From assembly GCA_035937795.1 (NCBI GenBank), contig DASZHO010000149.1:5185-69184 (forward strand): DNA of 64,000 nucleotides, read 5' to 3'. The translations under genes were made by a program, and so were the position numbers. The notes beneath the pieces are model-generated. The model was not told the DNA's origin and did no database searches. It was given only the letters and a program-made list of their open reading frames with translations. Below are positions 1 to 10,129 of this stretch, in pieces (position 1 is the first letter of the stretch; the number at the start of each line of letters is the position of its first letter). The DNA comes from Vicinamibacterales bacterium (GTDB lineage: Bacteria; Acidobacteriota; Vicinamibacteria; Vicinamibacterales; JAMQPK01).

Positions 1-220
1 CGGGATGTTCGGCGGCAAACCGGTACGTGGCGCGAATCACCTCGGGCGGGCGCGGCAGCAGCCGGGCGTCGATGTCCGGCAGATGCAGAGCCGGAAGATT
101 CGCCTGCGGATGCGGTGCCAGCTTGGCCGCACGCGGGGCCGCGGGAGCGGCCGACTGTGCGGCGAGGACGGCGGTCAAACCGGCAATCAGCATCGGTAGA
201 ATGATTCGCTTTTCGATCAT
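1..220 (-). CDS. Secreted hypothetical protein, N-terminal part only (gene runs off the left edge)
   Basis: Not in the ORF track because no stop lies in the window. The reverse strand from ATG 220..218 reads MIEKRIILPMLIAGLTAVLAAQSAAPAAPRAAKLAPHPQANLPALHLPDIDARLLPRPPEVIRATYRFAAEHP and stays open to position 1. The N-terminus is hydrophobic and signal-like. The PEVIRATYRFAAEHP stretch resembles the segment preceding the PCYCGC motif of that family, but the motif itself would lie outside the window. Confidence 0.4.
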   Translation of the reverse strand, partial: MIEKRIILPMLIAGLTAVLAAQSAAPAAPRAAKLAPHPQANLPALHLPDIDARLLPRPPEVIRATYRFAAEHP

Positions 221-255
221 GAGACTACAATATACGTCAGCCGAAGGTTTTGCGC

Positions 256-1545
256 ATGCGTCTCAGTGCGATGCTCACGGGTGGGCTGCTTGTCGTGGCC
301 GTCAGTGGTGCCGCCCTCATCGGGCAGCGTCTCGACGTGTTCGTCGCCTCGCGTGATCATCCCGCCATCGATTACAGCAGCGGACCCGTCCGGGATCCGG
401 TCTCGGCATTGAATCGGCGTATCGAGGATGGAGCCGGCCAGCTCGAGTTTGAAGCGACGAGCGGGTATTTGCGGTCCGTGCTCAAGGCGCTCGAGATACC
501 GATCGAATCGCAGGTCGTCGTCTTTTCTCAGACCAGTGAGCAGTCCTCGCAGATAAGCCTCCGCAATCCCCGCGCCATCTTTTTCAACGATAGCGTCATG
601 ATCGGGTGGGTCCGCGGTACCGACCACCTCGAGGTGGCTGCCGGAGACCCGCGGCAAGGTGTGATCTTCTATACGCTCGGCCAGTCGACTGCCGGCAAGC
701 CGGCGTTCAAACGCGACGACACGTGTCTGCAGTGCCACTTGACCTGGGACACCCTCGGTGTGCCGGGAGTCCAGGTCCTCAGCACCTTTCCGATGTCGGA
801 TGACCCGAACGCCTACGCCAGTGGCTTTGTCGCCGATCACCGCAGCCCGTTGGACCAGCGGTGGGGCGGCTGGTACGTGACGGGCAAGTCGGTGCCGATT
901 CGGCACATGGGGAATGTCCCGGTCATTCAGCCGGCGGCGATGTTGGCGAAGGGGCCCGCTCTTCCGCCCAAGCTGGAATCGCTGGCAGGGCAGTTCGATA
1001 CAAAGGCATTTCTCTCCCCTTACAGCGACATCGTCGCGCTGATGGTCCTGGAACACCAGACGCACATGACAAACCTGCTCACGCGCATTGGTTGGGAAAT
1101 GCGCCTCTCGTCTTACGAAGCGCAGAAGACACACGCGAGTGAGGTCACCGATCGCGTTCGCAGCGCGACGCGGGATCTGGTGGATTATCTGCTGTTTGTC
1201 GACGAAACTCCGGTGACGAGTCGCCTCCAGGGCTCCTCGGGTTTCGCCGAGAAATTTTCGGCCGAAGGACCGCGCGACAGCCTGGGGCGGTCCCTGCGCC
1301 AGCTCGATCTCGAGCGCCGGTTGATGCGGTATCCCTGCAGCTACATGATTTACAGCAGTGCTTTCGATGCGTTGCCGGACCTGGCAAAGGACCTCGTCTA
1401 CAAACGGATGTGGCAGATCCTGTCTGGAGAAGAAAAGGAAGCTCCGTATACTCGCCTGTCTCTTGCGGATCGCCAGGCCATCGTCCAGATCCTGCGGGAA
1501 ACCAAAAAAGGGCTGCCCGAGTATTTCCGGCCCCTCACCAGATGA
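256..1545 (+). CDS. Secreted protein with a single CxxCH haem-c attachment motif, function unknown
   Basis: ORF 250..1545 (TTG). The ATG at 256 lies 8 nt after GAAGG. Has a signal-like hydrophobic N-terminus (LTGGLLVVAVSGAALIG) and one CLQCH motif. No further family recognised. Confidence 0.75.
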   Translation: MRLSAMLTGGLLVVAVSGAALIGQRLDVFVASRDHPAIDYSSGPVRDPVSALNRRIEDGAGQLEFEATSGYLRSVLKALEIPIESQVVVFSQTSEQSSQISLRNPRAIFFNDSVMIGWVRGTDHLEVAAGDPRQGVIFYTLGQSTAGKPAFKRDDTCLQCHLTWDTLGVPGVQVLSTFPMSDDPNAYASGFVADHRSPLDQRWGGWYVTGKSVPIRHMGNVPVIQPAAMLAKGPALPPKLESLAGQFDTKAFLSPYSDIVALMVLEHQTHMTNLLTRIGWEMRLSSYEAQKTHASEVTDRVRSATRDLVDYLLFVDETPVTSRLQGSSGFAEKFSAEGPRDSLGRSLRQLDLERRLMRYPCSYMIYSSAFDALPDLAKDLVYKRMWQILSGEEKEAPYTRLSLADRQAIVQILRETKKGLPEYFRPLTR

Positions 1546-1549
1546 CCGC

Positions 1550-2392
1550 TTAGTAATTCGTCGTCCGATCGATCAGGCCGCGCTCGCGGGCACTGTGGTC
1601 GGCCACGCCGAAGACGAACACCGCAGCCACCCCCAGACCCAGCGTCGCGACGGCCAGTATTCCCAGTAACTGAAGATCGCTGAACGCGGAGAGCGTCGGA
1701 AATTCCTGCGCGACGTGACCCACCAGCGCGCGCCGGACGAGTTCCAGCCAGTACGTGATCGGCAAGGCCAGTCCGATCGGCCGCAAGTACCTCGGCAACA
1801 CCTCGAGCGGAAAGATCGCGCCGCTGAAGAGGTACAGGGCGCCGGCCACGGCGTCTCCAATCAGCCACGATTGATGCACGATCACCAGCACCACGCCGGC
1901 AAGCAGCAGTCCCAGCGTCGCAAGCATGACCATTCCGACCGCGAGCGTGGAGAAAAACAGCATCCACCTCACTTCAAGAACATGCACGGTGACATGCAGG
2001 AACAGCACGCCGAAGAGCACCGTGACCAGCACCGAGAGCGAGCCCGTGAGGAACCGCGCCACTCCGCGGCCCACGAGGTACATCCGGATGTCGATTGGCG
2101 CGACGTACACCGACCTCAGCGTTCGATAGCGCTCGCGGTCTTCAATGACGGCGAACGACATGCCCGTCATCACCGCGCCGACGTAGATGTAAAACGCATT
2201 GCCGAGATACATGTACGAAAACGCCGTCGACGCGAAGTCGCTTTTCGTCACCATCGCGTACATCACGACAAGGATCCCGGCCGAGGTCAGCGGCTTGATG
2301 ATCGAGTAGATCGCAAATAGAAACGGATCGGTCCAATTCGATTCGATCTGCCAGCCGAGCCACGCCGCGGTCCTCAGCGAACGCCAGATCAT
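1550..2392 (-). CDS. ABC-2 type transporter permease
   Basis: C-terminal 280 aa of ORF 1550..3127, from MIWRSLRTAAWLGWQIESNW. Multi-pass hydrophobic protein. ATG 2392 overlaps the upstream stop (ATGA at 2389..2392). The Arg-rich N-terminal extension in the track looks like a GC-rich artefact. Confidence 0.85.
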   Translation of the reverse strand: MIWRSLRTAAWLGWQIESNWTDPFLFAIYSIIKPLTSAGILVVMYAMVTKSDFASTAFSYMYLGNAFYIYVGAVMTGMSFAVIEDRERYRTLRSVYVAPIDIRMYLVGRGVARFLTGSLSVLVTVLFGVLFLHVTVHVLEVRWMLFFSTLAVGMVMLATLGLLLAGVVLVIVHQSWLIGDAVAGALYLFSGAIFPLEVLPRYLRPIGLALPITYWLELVRRALVGHVAQEFPTLSAFSDLQLLGILAVATLGLGVAAVFVFGVADHSARERGLIDRTTNY

Positions 2393-3205
2393 GCGCGGCT
2401 CTCCGTCAGCCGGCCTTCCAGGATGGCCAGCCGCTCCATGTGCGTCAACGACAGCCGCGCGGCCACGAGGAACATCACCGAGAGCGCGGCGAGTGCGCCG
2501 GCCTCGGTCCGCACGGGCAGAAATCCGAGGGCGGCGCCGGATGTAAATATGAGTTGCCGCATGGCATCGAGCGCCAGCGTCAGCGGAATCAGCGAGGCGC
2601 CGGCGGCCAGCCAGAAATTGAAGCCGCTGATGGGGAAGTAGGTTCCCGACAGCAGATACACCGGCTCCTGCACGAGGTTGACGATGTGCCAGCCCTCGCG
2701 TCCGAGCAGCAGAAAGAGCGAGGCGAACATCATTCCCATGCCGTAGAGCGCCACGAGCGCGAGCCCGAAGACAGCGAAGAGCAGCGGCAGGCTCGAAATC
2801 GCGTACTGCACGTGAAACAGCCAGCTGCCGATCGCGACGATGGCAAGCGCGCGCAGCGTGGTGCCGAACATGCCGCCGACGGCCATGCCCATCAGAATGG
2901 CCATCAGCGAATTCGGAGCGATGATGTAGAGCGCGAGATTGCCGGTCTCCTTCTCCCAGAACAGCTGGTTGCCCATCGACCACAGCACGTTCAGCCAGAA
3001 GGCGCTCATGGCCCCGCCCAGAATGACGAAGCCGACAAATTCCGGCGGCGCGTGGATCGCTCGGTATACGAACACGTACGCCGACAGCGCGACGAGCGGC
3101 AGCAGGACGTCGAACATGAGCCACCACCGCTCGCGCACGTTGAGAACGAATCGCGGATAGGCCCGCGCGGCGACGGTGCGGACGAACAATCGCCAGCCAG
3201 TGTCG

Positions 3206-3219
<14 letters not shown>
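2389..3219 (-). CDS. ABC-2 type transporter permease
   Basis: ORF 2389..3219, 276 aa, six hydrophobic segments. Overlaps the ATPase gene end by 14 nt and is coupled to the next permease by ATGA. Confidence 0.85.
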
Positions 3220-4222
<1,003 letters not shown>

Positions 4223-4226
4223 TTCG

Positions 4227-4264
4227 TCAGAACACCGCGACATCCTCAGAACACCGTGACATCC
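4227..4264. repeat. 19-bp tandem duplication (one mismatch) spanning the stop codon of the ABC exporter gene
   Basis: tcagaacaccgcgacatcc (4227..4245) is followed by tcagaacaccgtgacatcc (4246..4264). The second copy carries the real stop (tca = TGA on the minus strand at 4246..4248). Confidence 0.9.
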
Positions 4265-6075
4265 TCGACCTCGGATGTCGCGAGAAAGCCGCCGGACTGA
4301 TGCGCCCAGAGCGACGCGTAGAGACCGCCCCGGGTGAGCAGCGCGTCGTGAGAACCCTCCTCGATGATGCCGCCGCGCTCGAGCACGACCAGCCGATCCA
4401 TCCTTTTCACGGTCGAAAGGCGATGCGCGATCACGATCGCGGTGCGCCTCGCCATGAGCGTCCAGAGCGCCTCCTGAATGAGCCCCTCGCTCTCGGAATC
4501 CAGCGAGCTGGTGGCTTCGTCGAGGATCAGGATCGGCGCATCCTTCAAGATCGCGCGCGCGATCGCCACGCGTTGCCGCTGGCCGCCGGACAGTTTGATG
4601 CCCCGTTCGCCCACGAGCGTCTGGTAGCCGCCCGGCAGCGCCTCGATGAATTCGGCGGCATGCGCCAGACCAGCCGCGCGGCGCACCTCCGCGTCGGTTG
4701 CGCCCGGCCGCCCCACACGGATGTTGTCGGCGATCGTGCGGTGAAACATCGACGGATCCTGCGGCACGTATCCAATGGCGCGGCGCAGCGAGGCCTGCGG
4801 CACGCGGTCGATCGGTTGGCCGCCCACGAGGATCTCGCCGCGCTCGACGTCCACGAAACGCAGCAGGAGCCGCGTGAGCGTGGTCTTTCCGCCACCGGAC
4901 CGTCCGACAAGGCCCACCCTTGAATCGGTCTCGATCCGCAGCGAGAAGTTTTCGAAGAGCAGCGGCTGCGCGGGCGAGTAGCGGAAGCTGACGTTGCGCA
5001 GCTCCACCGCGAAGTCGCCGGGCGCGAATGGCTGGCTCTCGACCGGGTCGACGACCGACGGCGGGTCGAGCAGCAATTCGGCGAACTGCGCGGCGTCCGT
5101 CAGCGCCCCTTCGAGGGTGCGGTAGATGTGGTTGAACTCCCACATGACGCGGGTGATCGCCGCGAAGTAGCTGAACGTGATGAAGACCGTCTCGAGACTC
5201 GCTCCCGTGCCGCGGCTGGTCGCGAGTGCCACGACGAGTCCCAGCGTGTTCGTCAGCACGTACATCGGCGACGTCACCAGGTCCACGCGCAGATTCTGGT
5301 AGTCCCACGACCGGAGCGTCTTGGCGCCGTAATCGCCGACGTTTTGCGCGTGGATGCGCGCCTCTTCCGGCTCACGCGCGAATGCGCGCACCGTTTCGGC
5401 GTTGCCGATCGAGTCGGCCACGTGCCCGGCGAGCCTGTTCGACGACTCCTCGCGTATGTCGACCAGTCGCTGGCGGCGGCGGATGAACGGAAACACCATC
5501 GTGAATGTCAGCGAGAGCATCGCCGCCAGGCTCACGATGAGCAGCGGCGAATATCTCCAGAGCACGACCCCGACGAACAGGAGCGGGAGGGCATTCGCGA
5601 CGACCTGGAACGACATCACGTCGAACACGTCCTCGAACCGCCGCGCGTAGCCGAGCGCCCGCTTGGTGAGCGATCCGGCGTAGTTGTCGTGGAAGAACGA
5701 GAGGTCCTTCGCCAGGAGCTCATCCATCGCTTCGATGTAAAGCGCTTCCATCCCGTGGATCTCGGCGCGGGACATGAAGGCGATGGCGATCCGCCAGAGA
5801 ACCTCGCCTGCCAGCCACAGGCCTGAGAACGTGAGCACGTAGGGGGCGAGCTGGGTGGCCGAGAGCCGGTCGTTCCTGGCGAACGCGCCCAGCAGCCGCG
5901 CGATGACGAGCGGCGGCGCATAGAACACCAGCACGTTGCCGATGCCCGGCAACAGCAGCGCGGGCAGCGTGACGGCAGGCCGGCTGCGAATCTGCCGGGC
6001 GTAGCGGCGCACCACCAGCCGGAGCGCCTCGGCCAGGCGTCGAGAATCGCGGGCGTCGTGGGATGTAGCAGTCAT
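4246..6075 (-). CDS. ABC exporter, fused transmembrane and ATP-binding domains (MsbA-like type I exporter)
   Basis: ORF 4246..6075, 609 aa. N-terminal six-helix membrane domain, then Walker [10 protein letters not shown], signature LSGGQRQR and Walker [13 protein letters not shown]. Confidence 0.9.
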   Translation of the reverse strand: MTATSHDARDSRRLAEALRLVVRRYARQIRSRPAVTLPALLLPGIGNVLVFYAPPLVIARLLGAFARNDRLSATQLAPYVLTFSGLWLAGEVLWRIAIAFMSRAEIHGMEALYIEAMDELLAKDLSFFHDNYAGSLTKRALGYARRFEDVFDVMSFQVVANALPLLFVGVVLWRYSPLLIVSLAAMLSLTFTMVFPFIRRRQRLVDIREESSNRLAGHVADSIGNAETVRAFAREPEEARIHAQNVGDYGAKTLRSWDYQNLRVDLVTSPMYVLTNTLGLVVALATSRGTGASLETVFITFSYFAAITRVMWEFNHIYRTLEGALTDAAQFAELLLDPPSVVDPVESQPFAPGDFAVELRNVSFRYSPAQPLLFENFSLRIETDSRVGLVGRSGGGKTTLTRLLLRFVDVERGEILVGGQPIDRVPQASLRRAIGYVPQDPSMFHRTIADNIRVGRPGATDAEVRRAAGLAHAAEFIEALPGGYQTLVGERGIKLSGGQRQRVAIARAILKDAPILILDEATSSLDSESEGLIQEALWTLMARRTAIVIAHRLSTVKRMDRLVVLERGGIIEEGSHDALLTRGGLYASLWAHQSGGFLATSEVEDVTVF

Positions 6076-6086
6076 GAAGCGGTCCC

Positions 6087-6126
6087 AAAAAACAAAAGGG
6101 CCATCACCGCTGGTGGGTGATGGCCC
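6087..6126 (-). terminator. Intrinsic (rho-independent) terminator on the minus strand, 11 nt upstream of the ABC exporter start codon
   Basis: The minus strand reads GGGCCATCACC-CACCAGC-GGTGATGGCCC followed by TTTTGTTTTTT. That is a perfect 11-bp GC-rich stem (6126..6116 / 6108..6098), a 7-nt loop and a T-tract (6097..6087). No minus-strand gene lies upstream of it to terminate. Confidence 0.65.
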
Positions 6127-6174
6127 TTAAGAAGTCGGCTTCTTGTTTCTGGCTACATCACCTGGGGGCGGCCC

Positions 6175-6192
6175 TGTGAACGGTGTGAACGG
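6175..6192. repeat. 9-bp perfect tandem duplication (tgtgaacgg x2)
   Basis: Read directly: 6175..6183 and 6184..6192 are identical. Confidence 0.9.
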
Positions 6193-6306
6193 CGACGTCG
6201 GCGCTCGCGCCGTGGAAATACGGCTGAATCGAGCCAGAGCGCGCCCAGGTGATCATCATCATCAGAAGGTATTAGGAAACCACAGCGCAGCCGATCTGTC
6301 AACACC

Positions 6307-6330
6307 CGCGTGCTATTCCGCGTGCTATTC
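6307..6330. repeat. 12-bp perfect tandem duplication (cgcgtgctattc x2) just upstream of the 929-aa gene
   Basis: Read directly: 6307..6318 and 6319..6330 are identical. It ends 10 nt before the GGAGG Shine-Dalgarno of the gene starting at 6354. Confidence 0.9.
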
Positions 6331-6353
6331 TTCCCTCCACGGAGGCAATTGAA

Positions 6354-9143
6354 ATGGCAACGAGGACCCTGGTCGGCCTGGCGGCGATGGGCGTGGTCTG
6401 TTCGGTGATGGTGGGCCAAGCGCGGGTGACGCGCATCGAGATCGTGAAGGTTGAATCGCCGGCGCCTCCGCCCGCCAACGCGGGTTCCACCGTGTTGCCT
6501 CCCTACGAGCGCATCAGCGGCAAATTCTACGGCGAGCTCGATCCGAAAGACCCGAAAAACGCGCTCATCACCGACATTCAATTTGCCCCGCGTAACGCGC
6601 GCGGCAACGTCGAGTACGTCGGCACCTTTTCGCTGATGAAGCCCATCGACATGTCGAAGGCGAGCGGCGTGTTGATGTACTCGGTCGTGAATCGCGGCGG
6701 CGGCACGGCGGCAGCCAGCGCCGAAGGGCACGTCTCTCTCGTCAGCGGATGGCAGGGCGATGTCGTGCCGACCGCGGCGAATCAAACCATTCAGGTGCCC
6801 CGCGCAAAAAACCCCGACGGCAGCAGCATCACCGGTCCGCTCGTGATTCGCTGGATCGGGCAGAGCGGCAGCACCGCCGCGCTGATCATCCCTCGCGCCA
6901 CGCCGTCGCCTTATCCGCCGGCGACGCTGGACACGGCGAAGGCCACGCTCGTCTCCGCAACCTCTGAGAGCGGCACGGGAGTGAAGAGCGGGCAAGTGAA
7001 GATTGCGAGCAGCGACTGGGCCTTTGCCGACTGTTCGAAGACGCCATTTCCAGGCACGCCGGACCCGGCTCATGTCTGCTTGAAGAACGGATTCAACCCG
7101 GCGCTGCTCTACGAGCTGCAATACACGGTGAAGGATCCGCTCGTGCTTGGTATCGGTTTTGCGGCGACGCGGGACGTGAATGCCTTTTTCCGGTATGAGA
7201 AACAGGACGACGCGGGAACCCCGAACCCGGTGGCTGGAAACATTCGCTGGGCGGTGTCCGAAGGCAGCTCGCAATCGGGAACGTTTCTTCGCGCGTTCAT
7301 CCGCCTCGGCTTCAATCAGGACGAGCGCAACCGCATCGTCTGGGAGGGCAGCAACCCGCACATCGCCGCGCGCGTGCTGGACATGAACCGCCGGTTCGCC
7401 GAGCCTGGTGGAACCATCTCGCTGTACGAGCTCGGGCACGAAGCGCCGGTGTGGTGGGAAGACTGGGACGATACCGCGCGCGGAAGGGGAAAGGCCGGCC
7501 TGCTCGATCGCTGCCGCGCCACCAATACCTGCCCGAAGATCATGGAGACGTTCGGCAGCAGCGAGATCTACGGCCTCCGCGCCTCGTTCATGCTGGTAGG
7601 AACCACCGCGAAGGCCGACATCCCGCTGCCTGAAAATGTGCGCCGCTATTATTTTCCGGGCGTCACCCACGGCGGCGGCCCGGGCGGCTTCAACCAGACG
7701 ACGGCTGCAATCACCAGCGTGTTCGGCGGCTGCGACCTCACGATGAATCCCGCACCCTCGGCGCCGATGCGAACGGCGTTGATGAAGTCGCTCGTCGAGT
7801 GGGTGACCAGGGGTACGCCCATGCCGCCGAGTAAATATCCGACGATCGCCGACGGCACGCTGGTGCCGGACACGAGCGCGGCGATGGGCTTCCCGAATAT
7901 CCCGGGGCGGCCGTCTCCCGACGGGATCGTGTATCCGTTGCTCGACTACGAGCTGGGACCGCACTTCAACTACAAAGATGCGTCGGGTTTCCTCGTGAAA
8001 GTACCCACCATCAAGCAGGTGTTGCCGCAGCTGGTCGTGAAGGTCGACGCGGACGGCAACGAAGTGGCCGGGGTGAAATCACCGCTTCAGATGGCGCCGC
8101 TTGGGACCTACACGGGCTGGAACGTGGTGTCGTCTGGCCCGTTCAAGGGGCAGATGTGCCTCACGGCGTCGCCGGTCGGTGGCTTCATTCCGTTCGCGCG
8201 CTCCAGGGCGGAGCGCGTGGCCAGCGGCGATCCGCGCCTCTCGCTCGAGGAGCGGTACAAGACGCACGATGGATATGTGCAGGCGGTCAGCGCCGCGGCG
8301 AACAAGCTCGTGAAGGATGGCTATCTGCGCCAGTCGGATGCTGATGCCATGATTGCGCAGGCACAGGCAAGCAGCATTCTTCGGCAGGAGAGCCAGACAT
8401 CTGCATCCGCAAAAATGCCGGCGCAGGGTGTCGGCGTCGCGAACATGATCGATCACATTCATCTCGGAGCGCCCGATCCGGTCAAGGCCGTCGAGTGGTA
8501 TCAGAAATATTTCGGCGGCGAGAAGATGGCCGAGGCGACCGACCGGCTGCTGTACGGGCAGGTGCGCGTGATTTTTTCGAAGAACGCGGCGCCGAAGCCC
8601 AGCGAGGGTGGCGTACTCGATATCATCGGGTTCTCGGTGCCCGATCTCGATGCGGCGGTGAAGAAAATGCAGTCCGACGGGGTGACGGTTGTGATGCCGG
8701 TCATGACCATGGACGGCATGAAAGTAGCGCAGGTAACCGATCCGTGGGGAACCCTGATCGAGGTGGTCCAGGATCCGTCGAAGCTCGGCTTGCATCACCT
8801 CTGTCTGCTCTCGCCGGATCCGGCGGCGTCGCTCGCCTGGTTTGCCGATAAATTCGGCGGGAAAGTCGTGAAATACAAGGGCAAGGTCGACGCGATCAAC
8901 TACGGCGGCGTGTGGTTCCTGGGAAAGCAAGGCGACTCGGTGCCCAGCCAGGGGCACGCGATCGATCACATGGGTATGCGCCCGATCAATCTTGAAAACG
9001 TCGTCGCGGGGCTGAAGGCGAAGAACGTGAAGATGCTCACCGAGCCGCGGCCGTTGACCCTCTCGGACGGCACCACCGTGCATCTGGCGTTTGCCGAAGG
9101 GCCCGCCAGCGTCCGGATTGAGCTCGTCGAACGTCCGAATTGA
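6354..9143 (+). CDS. Secreted 929-aa fusion protein: large uncharacterised N-terminal domain (alpha/beta-hydrolase-domain-like family) plus two C-terminal VOC/glyoxalase-type domains
   Basis: ORF 6354..9143 with GGAGG 9 nt upstream and a signal-like N-terminus. The N-terminal ~670 aa (YERISGKFYGELDPKDPKNALITDIQFAP...) resemble proteins usually annotated as alpha/beta hydrolase domain-containing. The last ~250 aa carry two glyoxalase/bleomycin-resistance/dioxygenase-like repeats (IDHIHLGAPDPVKAVEWYQKYFGG and LHHLCLLSPDPAASLAWFADKFGG). Confidence 0.8.
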   Translation: MATRTLVGLAAMGVVCSVMVGQARVTRIEIVKVESPAPPPANAGSTVLPPYERISGKFYGELDPKDPKNALITDIQFAPRNARGNVEYVGTFSLMKPIDMSKASGVLMYSVVNRGGGTAAASAEGHVSLVSGWQGDVVPTAANQTIQVPRAKNPDGSSITGPLVIRWIGQSGSTAALIIPRATPSPYPPATLDTAKATLVSATSESGTGVKSGQVKIASSDWAFADCSKTPFPGTPDPAHVCLKNGFNPALLYELQYTVKDPLVLGIGFAATRDVNAFFRYEKQDDAGTPNPVAGNIRWAVSEGSSQSGTFLRAFIRLGFNQDERNRIVWEGSNPHIAARVLDMNRRFAEPGGTISLYELGHEAPVWWEDWDDTARGRGKAGLLDRCRATNTCPKIMETFGSSEIYGLRASFMLVGTTAKADIPLPENVRRYYFPGVTHGGGPGGFNQTTAAITSVFGGCDLTMNPAPSAPMRTALMKSLVEWVTRGTPMPPSKYPTIADGTLVPDTSAAMGFPNIPGRPSPDGIVYPLLDYELGPHFNYKDASGFLVKVPTIKQVLPQLVVKVDADGNEVAGVKSPLQMAPLGTYTGWNVVSSGPFKGQMCLTASPVGGFIPFARSRAERVASGDPRLSLEERYKTHDGYVQAVSAAANKLVKDGYLRQSDADAMIAQAQASSILRQESQTSASAKMPAQGVGVANMIDHIHLGAPDPVKAVEWYQKYFGGEKMAEATDRLLYGQVRVIFSKNAAPKPSEGGVLDIIGFSVPDLDAAVKKMQSDGVTVVMPVMTMDGMKVAQVTDPWGTLIEVVQDPSKLGLHHLCLLSPDPAASLAWFADKFGGKVVKYKGKVDAINYGGVWFLGKQGDSVPSQGHAIDHMGMRPINLENVVAGLKAKNVKMLTEPRPLTLSDGTTVHLAFAEGPASVRIELVERPN

Positions 9144-10129
9144 TGAACACGATCGAACGGCCGGCCGCCTCCGCGATTCCGCCGCTCAAGCCAGGCCGAA
9201 AAATCGAAGGGATTTCTGCCGTCCTCCTTCCGTACAAATCCGACGATCAGCCGGACTGGGAAGGTTTCCGCCGGCTGCTCGAACGGACGTGGAACGCGGG
9301 GCTCACGCCGGCCGTGAACATGGACACCGGCTACGTGAACCTGCTGACGCCGGCCGAGCGCGAGCGCGCGCTCGGCGAAACCGCAGAGGTGTCGCGGAGC
9401 CGGCGCTTTGTCGCGGGCGCGTTCATTGAAGGCGACGAGGGCGATCCCGCGGTCGCGTATCTCCGGGCCGTGAACGAGATTCGTGCGCGGGGCGGCATTC
9501 CCATTCTCTTCCAGTCGTCGGCGCTCGGCGAATGCAGCGAGCAGGAGGTGCTTGATGCCTACGCGCGTGTGGCCCGGAGCGGCGGCCCGCTGCTCGCCTT
9601 CGAGCTCGGCCGGATGTTCGCGCCGTTCGGGCGAATCTATTCCGACGACTTCTTTCGCCGGCTGCTCGATATCGAAGCCTTCACGGGCCTGAAACATTCG
9701 TCGCTCGATCGCGAGCTCGAATGGCGGCGCCTGCAGATGCGCGATCGTCATCGGCCGGGCTTCAAGGTGTACACCGGGAACGATCTCGCCATCGACATGG
9801 TGTTTTACGGCAGCGACTACCTCCTTGGGCTCTCCGCGTTTGCCGTCGACGCGTTTGCGCTCCGTGATCGGCTCTGGGCGGAAAACGATTCGTCCGCAGT
9901 GGCCCTGAACGATCTGCTGCAGTATCTCGGGCAGCTCGCGTTTCGATCGCCGGTGCCTGCCTACAAGCATTCCGCCGCGCAGTTTCTCAAGCTTCGCGGC
10001 TTCATTACGACCGACCGCCCGCATCCGCGAAGCCCCCGCCGGCCCGATTCGGATATTGCTCTGCTGCGGGACATTCGCGAGCGTCTTGATGCCGATCTCA
10101 CAGCCTTATCCGCGAATCGCATCGCTTAA
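9143..10129 (+). CDS. Dihydrodipicolinate synthase / N-acetylneuraminate lyase (DapA) family class I aldolase-like protein
   Basis: ORF 9140..10129 (TTG). The ATG at 9143 overlaps the upstream TGA by 1 nt. The overall pattern resembles the DapA family, with GLKHSS as a candidate Schiff-base lysine region. Confidence 0.6.
   Translation: MNTIERPAASAIPPLKPGRKIEGISAVLLPYKSDDQPDWEGFRRLLERTWNAGLTPAVNMDTGYVNLLTPAERERALGETAEVSRSRRFVAGAFIEGDEGDPAVAYLRAVNEIRARGGIPILFQSSALGECSEQEVLDAYARVARSGGPLLAFELGRMFAPFGRIYSDDFFRRLLDIEAFTGLKHSSLDRELEWRRLQMRDRHRPGFKVYTGNDLAIDMVFYGSDYLLGLSAFAVDAFALRDRLWAENDSSAVALNDLLQYLGQLAFRSPVPAYKHSAAQFLKLRGFITTDRPHPRSPRRPDSDIALLRDIRERLDADLTALSANRIA

Larger units (their letters stand above)
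6087..6296 (-). ncRNA. Candidate cis-regulatory leader (riboswitch/attenuator) or small RNA ending at the terminator
   Basis: The 278-nt spacer has no convincing ORF. A minus-strand TTGACA lies at 6296..6291. A long-range pairing ACCTGGG (6250..6244) / CCCAGGT (6166..6160) encloses GC-rich helices, and the terminator lies at the 3' end. Class not recognised. Confidence 0.35.

Noticed and set aside
1550-3127. Long N-terminal extensions offered by the ORF track: 1550..3127 (525 aa), 3206..5308 (700 aa), 45744..47201 (485 aa), 33454..35493, 60686..62608, 57056..58138, 58054..58554.
   Set aside because: The extensions overlap upstream genes and are compositionally abnormal. Internal starts give proteins of normal family length, often with ATGA/GTGA coupling or a good Shine-Dalgarno.
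6158-6262. 34-codon ORF (MMMITWARSGSIQPYFHGASADVAVHTVHRAAPR) in the leader, as an attenuation peptide.
   Set aside because: It has no Shine-Dalgarno (the upstream sequence is CCTTC) and no run of a regulatory amino acid. It cannot be distinguished from a chance ORF. It is kept only as a remark under the leader finding.
6240-6300. Possible fluoride (crcB-type) riboswitch, suggested by CUGAUGAUGAUGAUCACCU and GUGGUUUCC in the minus-strand leader.
   Set aside because: Only a superficial match to the CUGAUGAU..CCUAC end of the motif. The paired stem with the AAC-containing junction that I remember for this class is missing, and the spacing is too short. The class is left unassigned.
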